DNA of 64,000 nt from Phoronis australis (taxonomy: Eukaryota > Animalia > Phoronida), in contig NMRA01000497.1 in assembly GCA_002633005.1 (NCBI GenBank), forward strand, positions 208,883 to 272,882, given 5' to 3'. Of the stretch, positions 26,601 to 41,900 are shown piece after piece; the first letter of the stretch is position 1, and each line of letters begins with the position of its first letter. The translations under genes were made by a program, and so were the position numbers. The notes below the pieces were generated by a model. That model searched no databases, had not been told where the DNA came from, and was given only the letters and a program-made list of their open reading frames with translations.

Positions 26601-29600
26601 CTCATGCGTTCACAGTCAGTTGCTTGAAGTCACTCGAGGTCAAAAGTCACATTTTCCATACAAGGGAAAGATGTCACGTCTATATCTTGCCATAAGCTGT
26701 GCGTTGTCTTGTGGGAGAAAAATCGACGAAGAGGCGAGCAGTTGACGGATCGTTTTTTTGAAAATCGAAACTGAACAATGCCGGACAATATGTCTCTCTG
26801 GGATTAATGTCAGTTTAATTTTTTTGAGTTTGACAGGAAACGCTTTTTAAAATATAGTGAACGAGACTTTAAATCCTTCTTTCACGACACGCGCCAAATT
26901 TGGACTTAGACAACGTACTGTTATGGCATTGGTCTCAAATTGTTCTTCAGTCAAGACAGATATTATTCTTGGGCTTGGAAAACACTGGTAACTCGTTAAT
27001 ACTTTGGACTACATGTAGTCTCTTTCAGTTGACTTTTTCGCAACAGATGTCGCTTTATTTGCCGAGCACGTTCTCGGGCAATGGCGGACTCTCAGTTCTT
27101 TGGAATACCAAAATTGCGTTTCGTCTGAGAACGAAACAAGTTGCGACCAGCTTTATGGAGACACTAATGGTCTAAATAAAAATCAATTTCTTCTGGAACG
27201 CGAATTTACTTCCGCGTNNNNNNNNNNNNNNNNNNNNNNNNNNNNNNNNNNNNNNNNNNNNNNNNNNNNNNNNNNNNNNNNNNNNNNNNNNNNNNNNNNN
27301 NNNNNNNNNNNNNNNNNNNNNNNNNNNNNNNNNNNNNNNNNNNNNNNNNNNNNNNNNNNNNNNNNNNNNNNNNNNNNNNNNNNNNNNNNNNNNNNNNNNN
27401 NNNNNNNNNNNNNNNNNNNNNNNNNNNNNNNNNNNNNNNNNNNNNNNNNNNNNNNNNNNNNNNNNNNNNNNNNNNNNNNNNNNNNNNNNNNNNNNNNNNN
27501 NNNNNNNNNNNNNNNNNNNNNNNNNNNNNNNNNNNNNNNNNNNNNNNNNNNNNNNNNNNNNNNNNNNNNNNNNNNNNNNNNNNNNNNNNNNNNNNNNNNN
27601 NNNNNNNNNNNNNNNNNNNNNNNNNNNNNNNNNNNNNNNNNNNNNNNNNNNNNNNNNNNNNNNNNNNNNNNNNNNNNNNNNNNNNNNNNNNNNNNNNNNN
27701 NNNNNNNNNNNNNNNNNNNNNNNNNNNNNNNNNNNNNNNNNNNNNNNNNNNNNNNNNNNNNNNNNNNNNNNNNNNNNNNNNNNNNNNNNNNNNNNNNNNN
27801 NNNNNNNNNNNNNNNNNNNNNNNNNNNNNNNNNNNNNNNNNNNNNNNNNNNNNNNNNNNNNNNNNNNNNNNNNNNNNNNNNNNNNNNNNNNNNNNGGGGG
27901 GGGGGGGGGGGTTGGCCTCGTTCGAGGGCCCCGAGACCCCAGCCCTGTGTGCCCGCATGCGCTTTGAACTTGCTGAACGTGCAACATGGGCGCCTTCCGT
28001 CAAAAGATAATTTCTGCTTAAAACCACTTGACGCTATAAAACGACCCACAACGCCTTCCTTTAGTCTGTGCTTTGTGGGATTGGGAGGAACATACAGATC
28101 GCTATAGTTTGAGACTAAGGTCAATGAAGTGATCGAGCTTGTAGCAGCTTCAAGAATCCCGAAGCCTTTCCACCCAAGACATCTGTGCCTGAGTTCGTGA
28201 TTGAGCATACACTTACACGTGGACGACGCACTAAAGGGGACTGGGGGGAGGGCTATAGCCCCCACTTACACGTGGACGACGCACTAAAGGGGACTGGGGG
28301 GAGGGCTATAGCCCCCACTTTTTGTCAGTGCTGCTCCGCCCATAGTGCTAGATGCGACCGCAGGTCGATTAGAAACCCTATTGTCTCTAGGATTTATACA
28401 CGAGGGTTCCTTTTTCAGCTGCCGTTTGTAAATTTAATGTACATGTGTTCGGTCTTACGAGTAAGATATTCTGTTGGTAAATAGACCGAAGATCTCCACA
28501 TATTATAAGTTTCCGCCAAACGTTATTCAAAATATTGCGGTGATGTCCCGTTTTATCACGTTAAAGGAGAGTCGGCATCAAATGCGTCAGCCTGTATAAC
28601 ACATGTACACATACATGTGAATAATTTCTTCCCAGTTGATACGTGCAACTCTATACAGCAGGGTCTGAATACATAATCTTATACTGAAATCATTTTGTGC
28701 AGACAGTGTATACTCCGATATATGTGTTGACCTGTTTTGTTTTGGGAAGGAGCTTGTTTTCCTCAAACAGGAGGAAATCACTGTACAACACTTCTATAAC
28801 GGATGCTTACAAACGAACTTATAAGGCTGTTATACGTGAAATTTACAGGTAACACTACCGTGAATGCGTCACCGTTGGAACAAGTGCCAGTCAAGCAGGT
28901 TTTAAAAGGTGGTGATGTCAAAGGGAAGATAACATACGACCAGGTGTATTCCTGGGCGTACTTTGGTCCAGAGCTTCCTACAGACCCGTCTATTTTCGAG
29001 GCAAGAGGTTTTATAATTTCTTCATCTATAATACTAAAGCTGTCATGTTGCAATTGTTGTTGCTGGAAGGCATTTTTTGTAAAGGGAAAGTCAGGATTGC
29101 TCAAGGAGTTGTTAAGAAGGTTATTTTTGTTATGCTTTAAATTTCCGACTTGCCAGCTGTCCGATGTTTGTGTGTGTAATGAATGTGCATAATTTACAGA
29201 TCACCGATAAGTGACGTTAAATCATACATAACCCTATTAGGTATAGTTGAAGTTTTTAGCAAGTATTTCTACTTAAGCGGCATTGTAACGCCGCCAAAAC
29301 CCTGAAAATAAATCAGACTTGTCCCCTCCACTTGCTCGAGACTGACTCAGCTGACTTTGCGTCACTGGTCGATGTGCCCGACTAATCTGACTGTGGATGT
29401 ATGAACGAGAACCTTTTGGACAAGTGAGCGCGATATCTGGGGAAAACGTCTTCGTTATCGATAGATTTCGATGACTAAGATAATTGTGAAGAATGCAGGC
29501 TTTATCGGCCACGTTCAGAGGAACGTATTTCTACTTACAAGTTATCAAAGGACGCGTAGTTAACTTGCCACCAAACTCCACTTGCTGACATCAATTCAAT

Positions 29601-31958
29601 GGCTCGTTAGGATTTGATAAACGGCGTGGTAAAATCATCGTTAGTTTTAAAAATTGCGAAATAGAGGCTAAAAGAAATCTAATATAAGAGAGCAAAATTT
29701 GACATTTTTACATCAAAAGGGTTGTCTCAGGTATGAATATTAAAGAGACATGGAACGAAAAATACCTTTTAAACATTAAAATGTACCACCTCGCAACGTC
29801 TAGTACAAAGTAATTCACTTTCTCCTGTGAGGAAATTTCCAGAAAAACTCTACTGTAACCACAGAGCCTCTAGTCTCCCTCTTACTTATGATAAATGTGC
29901 TCATGCGTTCACAGTCAGTTGCTTGAAGTCGCTCGAGGTCAAAAGTCACATTTTCCATACAAGGGAAAGATGTCACGTCTATATCTTGCCATAAGCTGTG
30001 CGTTGTCTTGTGGGAGAAAAATCGACGAAGAAGCGAGCAGTTGACGGATCGTTTTTTTGAAAATCGAAACTGAACAATGCCGGACAACATGTCTCTTTGG
30101 GATTAATGTCAGTTTAATTTTTTGAGTTTGACAGGGAACGCTTTCTAAAATATAGTGAACGAGACTTTAAATCCTTCTTTCACGACACGCGCCAAATTTG
30201 GACTTAGACAACGTACTGTTATGGCATTGGTCTCAAATTGTTCTTCAGTCAAGACAGATATTATTCTTGGGCTTGGAAAACACTGGTAACTCGTTAATAC
30301 TTTGGACTACATGTAGTCTCTTTCAGTTGACTTTTTCGCAACAGATGTCGCTTTATTTGCCGAGCACGTTCTCGGGCAATGGCGGACTCTCAGTTCTTTG
30401 GAATACCAAAATTGCGTTTCGTCTGAGAACGAAACAAGTTGCGACCAGCTTTATGGAGACACTAATGGTCTAAATAAAAATCAATTTCTTCTGGAACGCG
30501 AATTTACTTCCGCGTTAATGATAAAAATACGAAGACTCTTATTAACACTTTTTTAACATTCAAGTAGATTGTAAACAGTCTTGATGTGTATAAATGTAAC
30601 CAATTTCTGAGTAAAAAAACGGATAAGACATTTTGTCACTTTCTCTTTTTTTTGGGAAGCCAGTAAACTTTAAAACGCATCGTCATATGTGGCTCGAGGA
30701 GGTATTCGCGAAGTGACCTGTGTTGTTTTATTTAAAAAAACTCTTACTTGTATGTATGTGTAAGGCGTAATGACCCGGTTCCATGTAGAGTATCACATCT
30801 TGTTCAGCAACATCAACTAAATTCGATTTCTTAATTCTCTCACCAGACACCAATCGGACAATTGTGTGACGGCCGGCCCTTCACGAAGAGTCTGCCATCA
30901 ATACCCGATGCATTCAGTTTCCGCATAGAGACTACAGACCAAGACGTTGACGTCAACTACATGACAACAACAAGCGTGAGTTCTTATAGGGAATGTTGGC
31001 GTGTTAAATGCTGATTGGCTCGTCACTGATTGAATGTTATATTTACTTAATGCTTTGTAAAGATACGTGTGATATCAACAAAATCGAAACCAAATGCAAA
31101 ATGCTCAAAGACGCCATAAAACCGCCTGCTGAAAAAAACACACACCTAACCTTTGACGTTGGTCACTTGCCTTTGCTTTAACGTCTTCGTTACTTATATC
31201 AAGTTCTGGGGTTTAATCTTTTTACTAAAAATCGAACTCGAAGTACAAGTCATTTTTGACTATTTGACTATTTGGGGGAACTCCAGGTAAGTGTCTGTGC
31301 CCGAGTACATTATGGTTTATGCGTAAGGGTCTCCAGTTCAGTTTCGCAGTTGATGACAGCTAGATTTGAACTACAAACTCGAGCAAAAACTCAAAGTATT
31401 TAGCAAAATCTCGAAATTTCTAGTTCGGACTTAAATTTGCAGTCTTTATGTTGAGGTCATCAAGCGCAAACTAGGATTGAACAGCTGTTATCCGCGTAAG
31501 TCACTACATGTACGTCAAGCCGATTTATATCTATCATCATTTTTGTCAACATATGCTGCTACTTGCTATCATGACGATAGAAAATAGACAGTTGTCTGGA
31601 GTCTGCACACAAGTAGAATAGAAAATAAAAGCCTTAAGTAACATTGAGTTAGATTTCCAGTAAACACATCAGAGCCCAGGCTCATAAAATGACCACCGGT
31701 CAAGCCAACATATGTTTTAGGTCTTCAACAGTAATGAGCTGGTAGGTCTTTCCAATACAATAAATCATCCTCGATGTAAGATTTTAGACATCTCAATAAA
31801 TTTGTTGTATTTTAACAGGAATGGTATGACTATAAACAAAATCTCACACGTATGGACTATACACCAATATTTGGACGTGGTGAAAACAAGTATGGTTTCG
31901 ACCCACTTATCACTATCCACGACTTCAGTGACGGTAAGAGATTATTATTACCATCATC

Positions 31959-32033
<75 letters not shown>

Positions 32034-35000
32034 GTCGTCGTCGTCATCATCATCATCATCNCTTCATTTTCATCATCATCCTCATCATCATCACCATCAT
32101 CACCATCATCATCATCATCATCATCATCATCTTCATCTTCATCTTCATCATCATCATCATTATAATCAGCATCATTTTTACCGCCACCGTCACCGTCATC
32201 ATTATCATTAAGGTAGCTTACTAATGACGGATTTCATCTACTGCAAAATGTCAATTAGCTGCGCTGATTTCGTGTTTCCAATCCATTGTGTGATTTTTTG
32301 GGGCTGGTAAGCAGATGCAGAACGCGAAAATCATGGTGGGCTGTCGTGGTAAACTTTCCCCATCCATTTTACAAAAAAACAACCTAAGGCGCAGATTCCT
32401 GGTCTTGTCCTTCACTCCAAGTAGTAAAAAATTCTTTCTCGACGCTATTGAGCCAGTATCCACTCTACACAAACCTGCAGCGGTAGCGGCACGATAGTTG
32501 CTACTGGTCCGACAATCTAGTTGACTAAACGCCAAGTGAAATGTTTTGTATTCTTTCACAGGAACTGTTGGACGTGTTCATGTAGACTACGTCGTTATTT
32601 TTATTGACACGCGGTTTCAAAGAAAATGGATTGGATCAAACTGACTACATCTTTGAAACTGAGAGAGGTTTCGCTTTCCAGAAGTTTGACTATTCTAAGC
32701 TTATGACCAAATCAATAATTAGTCTAATGTCGTCGCTTCAAATATTCGACGTATCTTACGTTGTTTACAGAACCAAATTCATCACGTGTTAGTGCATGTA
32801 ATTATTGAACACATATTTGACAATTATGTTTACTTACCCTTAAGCAAAACTATTGCCAATTAAAAAATAATAATTTGTAAGCAAATGTGCAAATATCGTT
32901 TGACATTGATGACGTGATTACTTCTCATTGGAAACTGTTGTAGATAGATGGGTGTATAAATAAGTTATCGAGACCTGCTATGTGATATTACAATTATATG
33001 ACCAGCTGAATCCCATGATTAAGCCTAGGAGAATAACATACGTGTTTTGGAGACGCTGGTATACAAGTCATCGTTGAAAGTAACATAATACTGATCAAGC
33101 TGAAATGGCAAGAAAACAATTTCTACAAAGAAATTAAATGAAAATACGCAAAGCAATATGCCATCCAATGTCAAAACTAATTACAGTAATGCGCAGAGTA
33201 ATTCTTGCAGATACTGTGTTTGATAGTATGACGTCACTTGGTAATGTCAATTATTATAAGACATCTTAAATCATTGGCAATGTCGTCAATTATTACGGCA
33301 ATTATTGTAGGTATTTCCTACGTGATTGACAAGAAAAGACGAAACTGCTCAATAAAGGCCATCCCTCTCGAAGGATTTGACGATGTCGCATCATCTTTCA
33401 ACGTCACTCGTTTGAGGAATCCAAAGGAATTTTTTTCGCTGGATATGACTCCGTATTACTACGAAGGAAAGGTTCGCCAACAAACTCGTTAATTACACTT
33501 ACTAGCTAAGCAACTCATCAACTTACCTTCTAACTAACTAAAGCCAAATTTTCTAAGTGACTTAGATACTGCCCACATTCTTTACTATCCACTTATAACG
33601 TGCTAAGTATTGATTAATTCGTGAGTGGGTCTGAGAGAGAAAGCGAGTACGAACCGAGAAGTTTGGTGGTGGCGTACGTGAGTACAAATACCTCCAAGTA
33701 CAGATTTCTCTGTATTGCAGAGATGGATGAGAAACATTCTGACGGATGTCTACATCACGGAGAGACCTTGGCCCTACTTAAATTCTGCTACACCTGCTAA
33801 GTGGGAGTGGTATTTCTCAGACGTAAGTCGATAACTCTGGCAATAATATGGGTACAATTACTTGACGTTGTCGGTTCCAGCGTATCAACAGGGTAAGACA
33901 TCTGACTGAATCTTGATGCCGACTTCATTATTTTAAACCAATGAGACCCGGCGGAACCAGCGAAGTCAATCAAGTGCAGTCTATATCTTTTATGCGCTGA
34001 TTATGGTCTCTTTATTGCCGCAAGGCAACAGTAAGAATTGACAATACATTTTTTGAAATCCATGAATCATTTAATAATTAGTCAAATAAACCAATACTCA
34101 TACCAGTCGGCAAGAAGCCCCTGCATAAGTTATGATCTTTTTACACGGCATAATGTCTTATTCTTCCGCATTTTCGTTGACAAAAATATTTTATTTCACA
34201 AATTCGATACGCTATATACGTAATTTTGAAACAAACGAACTTATTGGCATGAAAATGTCATTGGATTAAGAGCAAAATTGGGGATTTTTGCCATGCATCA
34301 TGGTTCTATTTCAAATGTAAAATGGTGAACTTTCAAATTTGCTTAATCTCGGTGTCGCTAAGTGCACGAGGAGTAGGCAATGTCACATGAATATGCCATA
34401 GTTTCACAATGTGGACTTTAATGGATTGTTCAGGCTTGGGCAATATTTCCAATGTAGGATGTATTGAGGGTTACACTTAGACCAGAAAAGTCTTGATATA
34501 GATGAACTAGCTTACGTCTGGTCTAATTAGAATTAATAAATTGAGCTGCAGTGCACTCCATCAACAATTTTACTGTTTTTCTTTCTTGCAGAAAGACTGG
34601 TTTGTGATCAATGGAGATGGGACTACACCTTCGTACTCGATTCCAGTAAAACTGGTCGTATACCCTGAAGATCAAGTACGATACGTATCCGTGTTCCATT
34701 TGCAACGTCACACAGTGAATGAATACAATCGTTCGACTTTAAATGAAAGAGGGTATCAAATACGCCCTGATTCTCCAGCAGCCTAACGCATGTACAATCA
34801 CTTGCGTTCGAGGCGGAGTGCCGTCTGGAGAAAGGACTGAATACCGCCTCGAACGTTAGTGATTTTACATTAGATAATGAGCGATAACGGTCATTCACTA
34901 CGTGAAAGACTCGATGCGAAAAATATAAACCATAATTTCCGAAACTTATTGTTTTCCAGTGATTCTTCTGGGGATTGCAGATGACGGACACTGGGAAAAT

Positions 35001-38000
35001 GTCGCCGTCCTCTTCCCCTGTTCATGTTTTTCCATGAACACTGGCAGACGACAAACTTTTCGTGGAACCCATGCAGTCACCAATCCCCTAGAGAAATAGC
35101 CAATAGGCTCCGCTAACCCCGGACTAGGGAAAAATATTACACAATAAGTACAAGAAGTTATGTTTTATAAACAACCGCATCGGTTAGATCCGTTTTCATG
35201 GTGCATTTTGCGTGTCTGTTATTGTAAGAGCTCTAATTGTCTGTTCCACACTTAATTTTCTCCTGTCTTTGGGACAATATTCGCCTTTAACGACTTGACT
35301 AACGGTGGCATAATTTCCAGTAATATTCTCGGCAGGAGCAAAAAAGAAACATTTATTCTTAATATATTGTCGATTTCAGAAATGCCCAACCACATGACGT
35401 CATCAGTTAAGCGGGTTTCATTAAGTAGACTTAGACTTAATGATACTTCCGAGTATATCCTGCCTCGCATATGTTTAGATACCAGCAAATTTTCCCTTTC
35501 ACGCTTCTGGTCTTTAGATGCCTTTGGTTTAAAATCAATTGAACAGTACTAACTGCTCAAATTTGTGCCATTCAAAGTTTTTTCTATGATCTTGGATTTG
35601 ATGTTAGTATACAACAGATATCTCAAACCTTATTCGCAATAACTGGTAATTTTTACAATATTTCACAAATGTGTAGCAAAATACCTTATCTTCATTATCT
35701 GAGAACTTCAAGAACGCAATAAATACCGTGCAGCGAGAAAAAAGATTTGCAGAACGACCTTGGAACCACACAACCGCGTAGGAATTTGTTTACTATACTA
35801 ATCCTAGATCAAAGGTTACGGGTCTGTGGAGTCCCCCACCAGGCACAAAGCAGCTCCGTATTTACCCTCAGTAATTTCAGTTTACCGAGTCGACATAATA
35901 TTAAGTCAATGGCGTGTAAAAATGATAGGAATATGCCGAGGAAGACAAAACTTAGCTTTGATCCTGATAGAGTTGTGTGTTTGCATGCATGCGAGTGCTG
36001 AGAACGAATGCTGCGAGTTACCTCACGCCTCTGTTAACAAAACTGTTTCGATCTCATGCTCACTACGTGCTTGAATCACTGACCCAATTTCTGTATCCAT
36101 TTTTTATTTGGTTTTCATATCAGTCTCCAGGCGCGTAGTGTGTCGAACAATGAACTCTTGACCTACTTTCGAAAGTGGAGCACAATGCACCAGCTTGATC
36201 GACTTTATATTTTGGCTCCGCCGGCATCACCTAGTTGCATTCGTTGCGCTGTGAATTGACTTGGCTTACAAAACGTTTTATCGACTTAGTTTGAACTTAG
36301 GAACACAAGTTCTCAAAAACTGGATATCGCTTAAACTTTAGAAACTTAATATTTATTCATCAATCTTAAAACGCTGTTAGGATTTTCGATATAAAGGTCT
36401 AGTTTTTGCGTAATGTAACAAAGTTGAATACAGTTTTTTTGCACAAAAATACCTTACATTTTGCGAGTTCATTTGTCATAGAAATCAAACGAAAAGTTAA
36501 ATCAACATCGTTGTAGAATTAACCGGTATTGTTTTTATTTAGAAAAGGTTCGATCAAAATCGATCGATGGTTTATTTTGTTTTGGATGTACCTTTTTAAA
36601 CATGGAATTATGACTTTAAAAAGGTATTAACGTAATAACTATGACACATAAATATAAAACATATTTATATATTCCCTGATCTGTTTTGTTTCAGAAAATT
36701 ATGTACTTTTACTTGTAACAAAAACTTAGATTTTTGATATACAAGCTAGAATGGAGGCCAGTTAATGAGGTTTGAGATAATTTTAAGCCGATATGTTAGC
36801 AGCTGCTTCAGAAAATTGTGAAACTTTCATGCAGTATAAAACGTTTTTGTTTTCTTTTCAAATTTAGAAAAACAAGCCGTGAATCGCTCGTCACTTCTCT
36901 GTCTTTGACTCAACATGCAATGCGAATTCTTCTTTATTTGGAAGTTGGCATCTTGACTCAAACTGCCAAAGGTGACTGAAAATATGGCCGCCTTGACAAA
37001 AGGCACAGCATTTATGAGCGCATCACCCGGGGAGGGAAGTATGAAATTGAGTTTGGAAGACAATTTACTATTTTTTGCGCATTTCAAAATTGTTGAACTT
37101 GATGATTCTTTCTGGAAATTCCATCAACCAAAGGCGTTTTTGTCAGGAATTGTTTAGAGGGTATTTTTACTAAATTTCGCTTTCGAAGCCCCTTGAACAC
37201 TAATCGTTGGAATTTCCATGGACATGACTCGGGAAAGCTATATTGCCATACTTTCAGACGGTAGCGATGCAAGTCTTGCATTTCTTCGATTTCACTGAAG
37301 AGTCTCCTGGTATAGAGACGTACGATGTATCCACGTGTTACAGGGATGGTGAACGGAAGTCGTATAACATCGTTTTAAACGGTATATATGTATAGACGTT
37401 ATTACACTGTACTTGTCCAAGCTGTCGTGCATGTAGACCCCGAGTGGAACTTGGAAGTTCCATTTAAGTATCCCATCTAGAGCATTTGAATGAAAATATT
37501 CAACTTCCATCTTTCCTTGTGTTTGTGCAGCGGAACTAAACATCCTGCTATGCCATTCGTTTGCACCAAACCATTATCTCCCACGACTTAAAATGTGGGT
37601 GCCATTACCCAGTAGCTGCGTGCATTTACAGTTGAAGCTCATATTGTGGAATTACGCAAAACACGCTCCTTTACATCATTAGTATGTGGAGTTGTCTCGC
37701 AGCTGCTGGTGGTACAGTTGCTTAGCTCTACGTAAGCTGTTCTCTGTAGATGTTGGCACTAAAACTTGGAGTATTCGTGAGTGAAAAGAATGATTGATGC
37801 TGCGTCTTTGGTCAGTATTTTTCTATGGCTACAAAACACGAGATTTGATTTGCTGTCTTTGATGGCCTTATTACCGATGTCTTTCAGGGAAGTTCAAGGG
37901 TAATGTGGACAGAAGCATACCGATATTTCGCTATATGTTCGCGATTACCATAGAAACAGTGACTAATATAAGACTGTTGCGAGTTCAAGATATTGTTGTA

Positions 38001-38864
38001 AGTATTGGCAATGCTACATGTATACTCTGCACTCAATGACAACCGATAATAGGCACAATGAACACTACGCCGAGGTGTTTTAACACAAACTTCGAATAGC
38101 ATGATAAATCGTGCAGTTTTGGGGTCTGCATCATGTCGCACTTCCTTATTGTAACTGTGGTGGCATCAAGCTGCCGTTTTCTCCAAGTTGCAATTTTTAC
38201 AGAAAGTCATTCAGGGTGCTTTCCGTAGAGCAAATTTCTAGCGACAGAAATCTGAGTAGACTGGCAAAGTGGGTAAAACTGAAATGATTACGCTGAGAGA
38301 CTGGGTAGGTTTGGGAGAGGTTTCCCGCTTTCAGTTCCATTAGCAGAGCTTTCTCGCCGCCGGTGTCACGTGAATGTCTTGGAAAGTGCCTAACGCTTTC
38401 ATATAATTATTCGCAATTAATTCCTGCATGTGTAAAGCTACATTCTTGTTTAGAAAATAACCACCGTACATGGCGATTTATTACTGCCCGGACGCTTAGT
38501 TGTGTCACTGCTAATATTGATTACATAACGCATGATTGCAGGTCTCCTTCGATAACCAAAATCACGTGTTCGTTCATTTCACTCTACTTGGCCCTGTGCT
38601 GATTCCCGGAGACGTAGGGCGCGTTGTGCCACAGATTCCCCTAGCGGACGCTGAGAAAGCCATAACAGCTTGGGTGAATGCCGGAAATTTTTCAGTTCTC
38701 ATGACAATGACGTGGGCCGAAAATGACGTAAGTTGTGGGACGTGTTTCTTGAAGATTGATTAAACTGTATAATTCACTCCGCGAGCTTGAGTCATATCAC
38801 TATGTTATATTCTTTGTCATTCTATGACTCAAATCATCATCATCATCATCTTTATCAACATCAT

Positions 38865-38916
<52 letters not shown>

Positions 38917-41900
38917 TTTATCACCATCATCATCGTCATCATCATCATCATCATTATGAGCATCATCATCGTCATCATCACCGTCATCACCATCACCATC
39001 ATCATCACGGTCAGGCCAAGTTTTATAGTGGCTTCAGATACTAACCGTTTTGAAAATTTTAACCGGGCAATGCTCTTAGGCCCGGTTTCATTGAAGTTCA
39101 TGCGCTGGATGGCGACAATGACCTCGTTGCTATTGTTAAATAATGCACTTGACGTGGTGCAGTAATCAAAACTGTCCATCGGATTTGGTTTTAAAATTTA
39201 TGCACTCCATCCTTGTTCAATCTAAATCCTTCTCATTGCCGGACATCCACTGAGGAATACGGTTCACTAGTCACATGCAAACACTGCTCTCGTGCTTAAA
39301 CTGTAGTCCACAGACTACCCATTGTTATTTTACATTTCTTCCACGAGATGGCGTGAATCAATACCATCGACACTATACAGGTTCAGTTTCGACGAACCAG
39401 ATGTTGTTCTTTTTAGAACGTCCACTTACACACAAATTATCCCTGCAATTCTTTCTCGTGCTTCAATAATAAAACACAAAGAATAATACCTTTTGTTCAG
39501 TTTAACTTGGTCAAGTTCATTCAGCCACCTACCTTGTCGTCTACAAGACCTACATTTCTAATCTGCATTTTCTCCCACGCTCCACCCCTGGTGTCTGATC
39601 AAAAATATTTCCCATAATACATTACCTGCTCTTCTCAATTTTTTGTTCTTTTCTTTTTAGAATTTCGATAAGCCCTTCAGATAGGTCTTTTAGCCTTTTG
39701 TTTTGGTTCCACCATCAAGCCGGCAGTGATTTTTCCATGCCCATCTTGCAGAGTCTTCTTTAAATCTGCCCTACCCCGGACAAAATAGGTTACGATTAAG
39801 TACATGTATATCATTGGCATGAATGTGTAATCTCACTACCACATTGTCGACAGATGGCTCTGTGGACGTGTACGTATTGTCCAAGTGAAGTCTTCGCGGT
39901 GTGTGGCGATGTTTTTTAGTGGATGTGAACCCATGAGCCTTACAGCTTAGGGGAGTAAGTCGTGTTTTGCGAGTTTGGAGACCGATTTAAACGCCGTGAG
40001 TCTTTTTTATAAGAGAACAACTGATAACTCAAAATTTCGTCATTCTTATTGTTCTTGTAGCAAGGCACCTCGGAAATTTACTTTAATAGGTCGCGTGTCT
40101 TCCGTAAAGCCTTGGTCACAACCCGCCGTACGTGCAAGTGCGTGCTGTCTACGTGTAAAAACGTGGGGGAAATTTGGCGATCCGTACGTGGCAAGTACGG
40201 CCTCCGTGCGTTTTGGTGAATACGCAGGAGAACGCAGACACGACGTAGCACTTTTATTGCATGCAGAACTTTCTCTGCGTGCAAGCTGCGTTCGCATTTA
40301 CAGATTCACGGCAGTACGTGTGACGTACGTCCTCCCTGCGCTTGCCACTCCCAAAATGGATCGCCAAAGTGTTTTTCTTTTCCATCAGATGGTGTATATG
40401 ACAGCGATGCCAAACTCCTTCAAGGAAGATAAAAGCGAGCGTGCAACACCGGGTCCGGCTGTAACTATCACCACTTCAGGTAACATTGGCTGCACTTGAT
40501 TGGGAACGTTTCCTTAGCCAGCGGAGATGTTAGACGGGCTGTTACCGGTGGCGATTTCTTGCACACGAACCAAGTTTTGAAAGCTTACTCTGTAGAATGA
40601 ATAAAGTGCAACTACGGGATCGTTCACAATCATCGACAATTTCACGAGCGTCTCACTGTACGCTTTTCCCTGCCCCCTCCGTCCCTCTTGGCCCCGCGAG
40701 CGTGCAAAAGTAACACTATATTTAAAAATTCTAATACTTTTGTATCTTCGAAACTGCAAATGCGTTTAGAAGTTCAATTCTAGTGTTGGCTTGGACGCGG
40801 TCCAAAAATAAAACATAATTTACAAACAATTCTTTGGGTACCAGTATTACGTTTTTGCCTGGTTGGATCTTGGCGCCAATTAGGCTCTCGGTTGTTTCGT
40901 CATGTTAAAAATTCTAAGTTCTGTTATTTGACATTCCCATTTTCAGTGCACATTGGCGGAAGGACCCGAATCCCTCCGCCTTAAACGTCCGGTTTGAATG
41001 ACTGCGAAAATGGCGATTAAGTTGTGAACGGTCCATAATATGATTTCATCTGAGACCAAGATGGGGACTTGCTAAGAATTTAGCACAGCATAAAAAGAGA
41101 GGCGCGAATAAAATTGATACATATTACCGCTCAAATGACCTAATGAGAAAGTAAAGATTTCTTTGTATTTAATTTCATCTTAAACTTCCTTTTAACCTTA
41201 CACAAGATTTGTTTTTGACAAAGGACCAGTTTAAAATTCAAAAACAGTTTTATGCGGAAAGATCCCGGGTATTGTACACTGTACGTGTATGCTTATAACC
41301 GTAGTGACGATTATTTAGCTTCAGTGTGTCTAAATGTATTTAGGACTCTGCGCCTATACCTTGAAGTAGGCGCATGATCCATCGTTGGAAACACTTGAAC
41401 AAAAGCAGGGATTTTTTTGTTAAAATACAACGAGTAAAGTTTGACACATCCCTGATAAAACGTTTGCCGTTGAAGTGTATTCAGTTTATGAGATTGACGA
41501 TTTAAATGCAGAAATTACAAACGTGAGCGAAAGATACGCATAAATCAGTGCTCAAACACGACAGATAGCATGTTGGGCTTATATGTGAAACCACTGAAAA
41601 AGTACATGTATGTATACTAAAATCATTATTTGGAATATTGGGCTTATAACTACGCGCTTCTACGTTCAATATGAACTGTCAGTGTGGTTTCAGACCCATC
41701 CAGCTGCAAGTTCATCGTCAATTAGTTTACGTTAAAATGCACCCCTGCAGTAATACAAGTGTCGTCAATTTCCGTTTCTGAATAAACATCATTGCTCAAG
41801 CTAAAGACAACGGGATAAATCTACTATGAATGAGTATTCATGAACCCTTTTGAAAAATACACACCTGTTAATTTTGTTACCTGATGTTACATGTACGTGT

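Larger units (their letters stand above)
24793..30515. repeat. ~2.5-kb direct duplication flanking the N gap 27218-27895 (24793-27217 and 27896-30515)
   Basis: Collinear copies with identical distal ends, divergent proximal parts and indels (about 28260-28315 and 28422-28540 are extra in copy b). Confidence 0.85.

Noticed and set aside
27100-28265. Long ORFs of 270-360 aa
   Set aside because: Artefacts of reading through the N gap.
31802-32224. Poly-His/poly-Ser/poly-Ile ORFs (also 38787-39179)
   Set aside because: Translations of intronic (CAT)n microsatellites; the real exons end at donors 31933 and 38727.
39975-40499. 174-aa ORF as a standalone gene
   Set aside because: Only 40389-40479 is a supported exon; the rest is in-frame intron.
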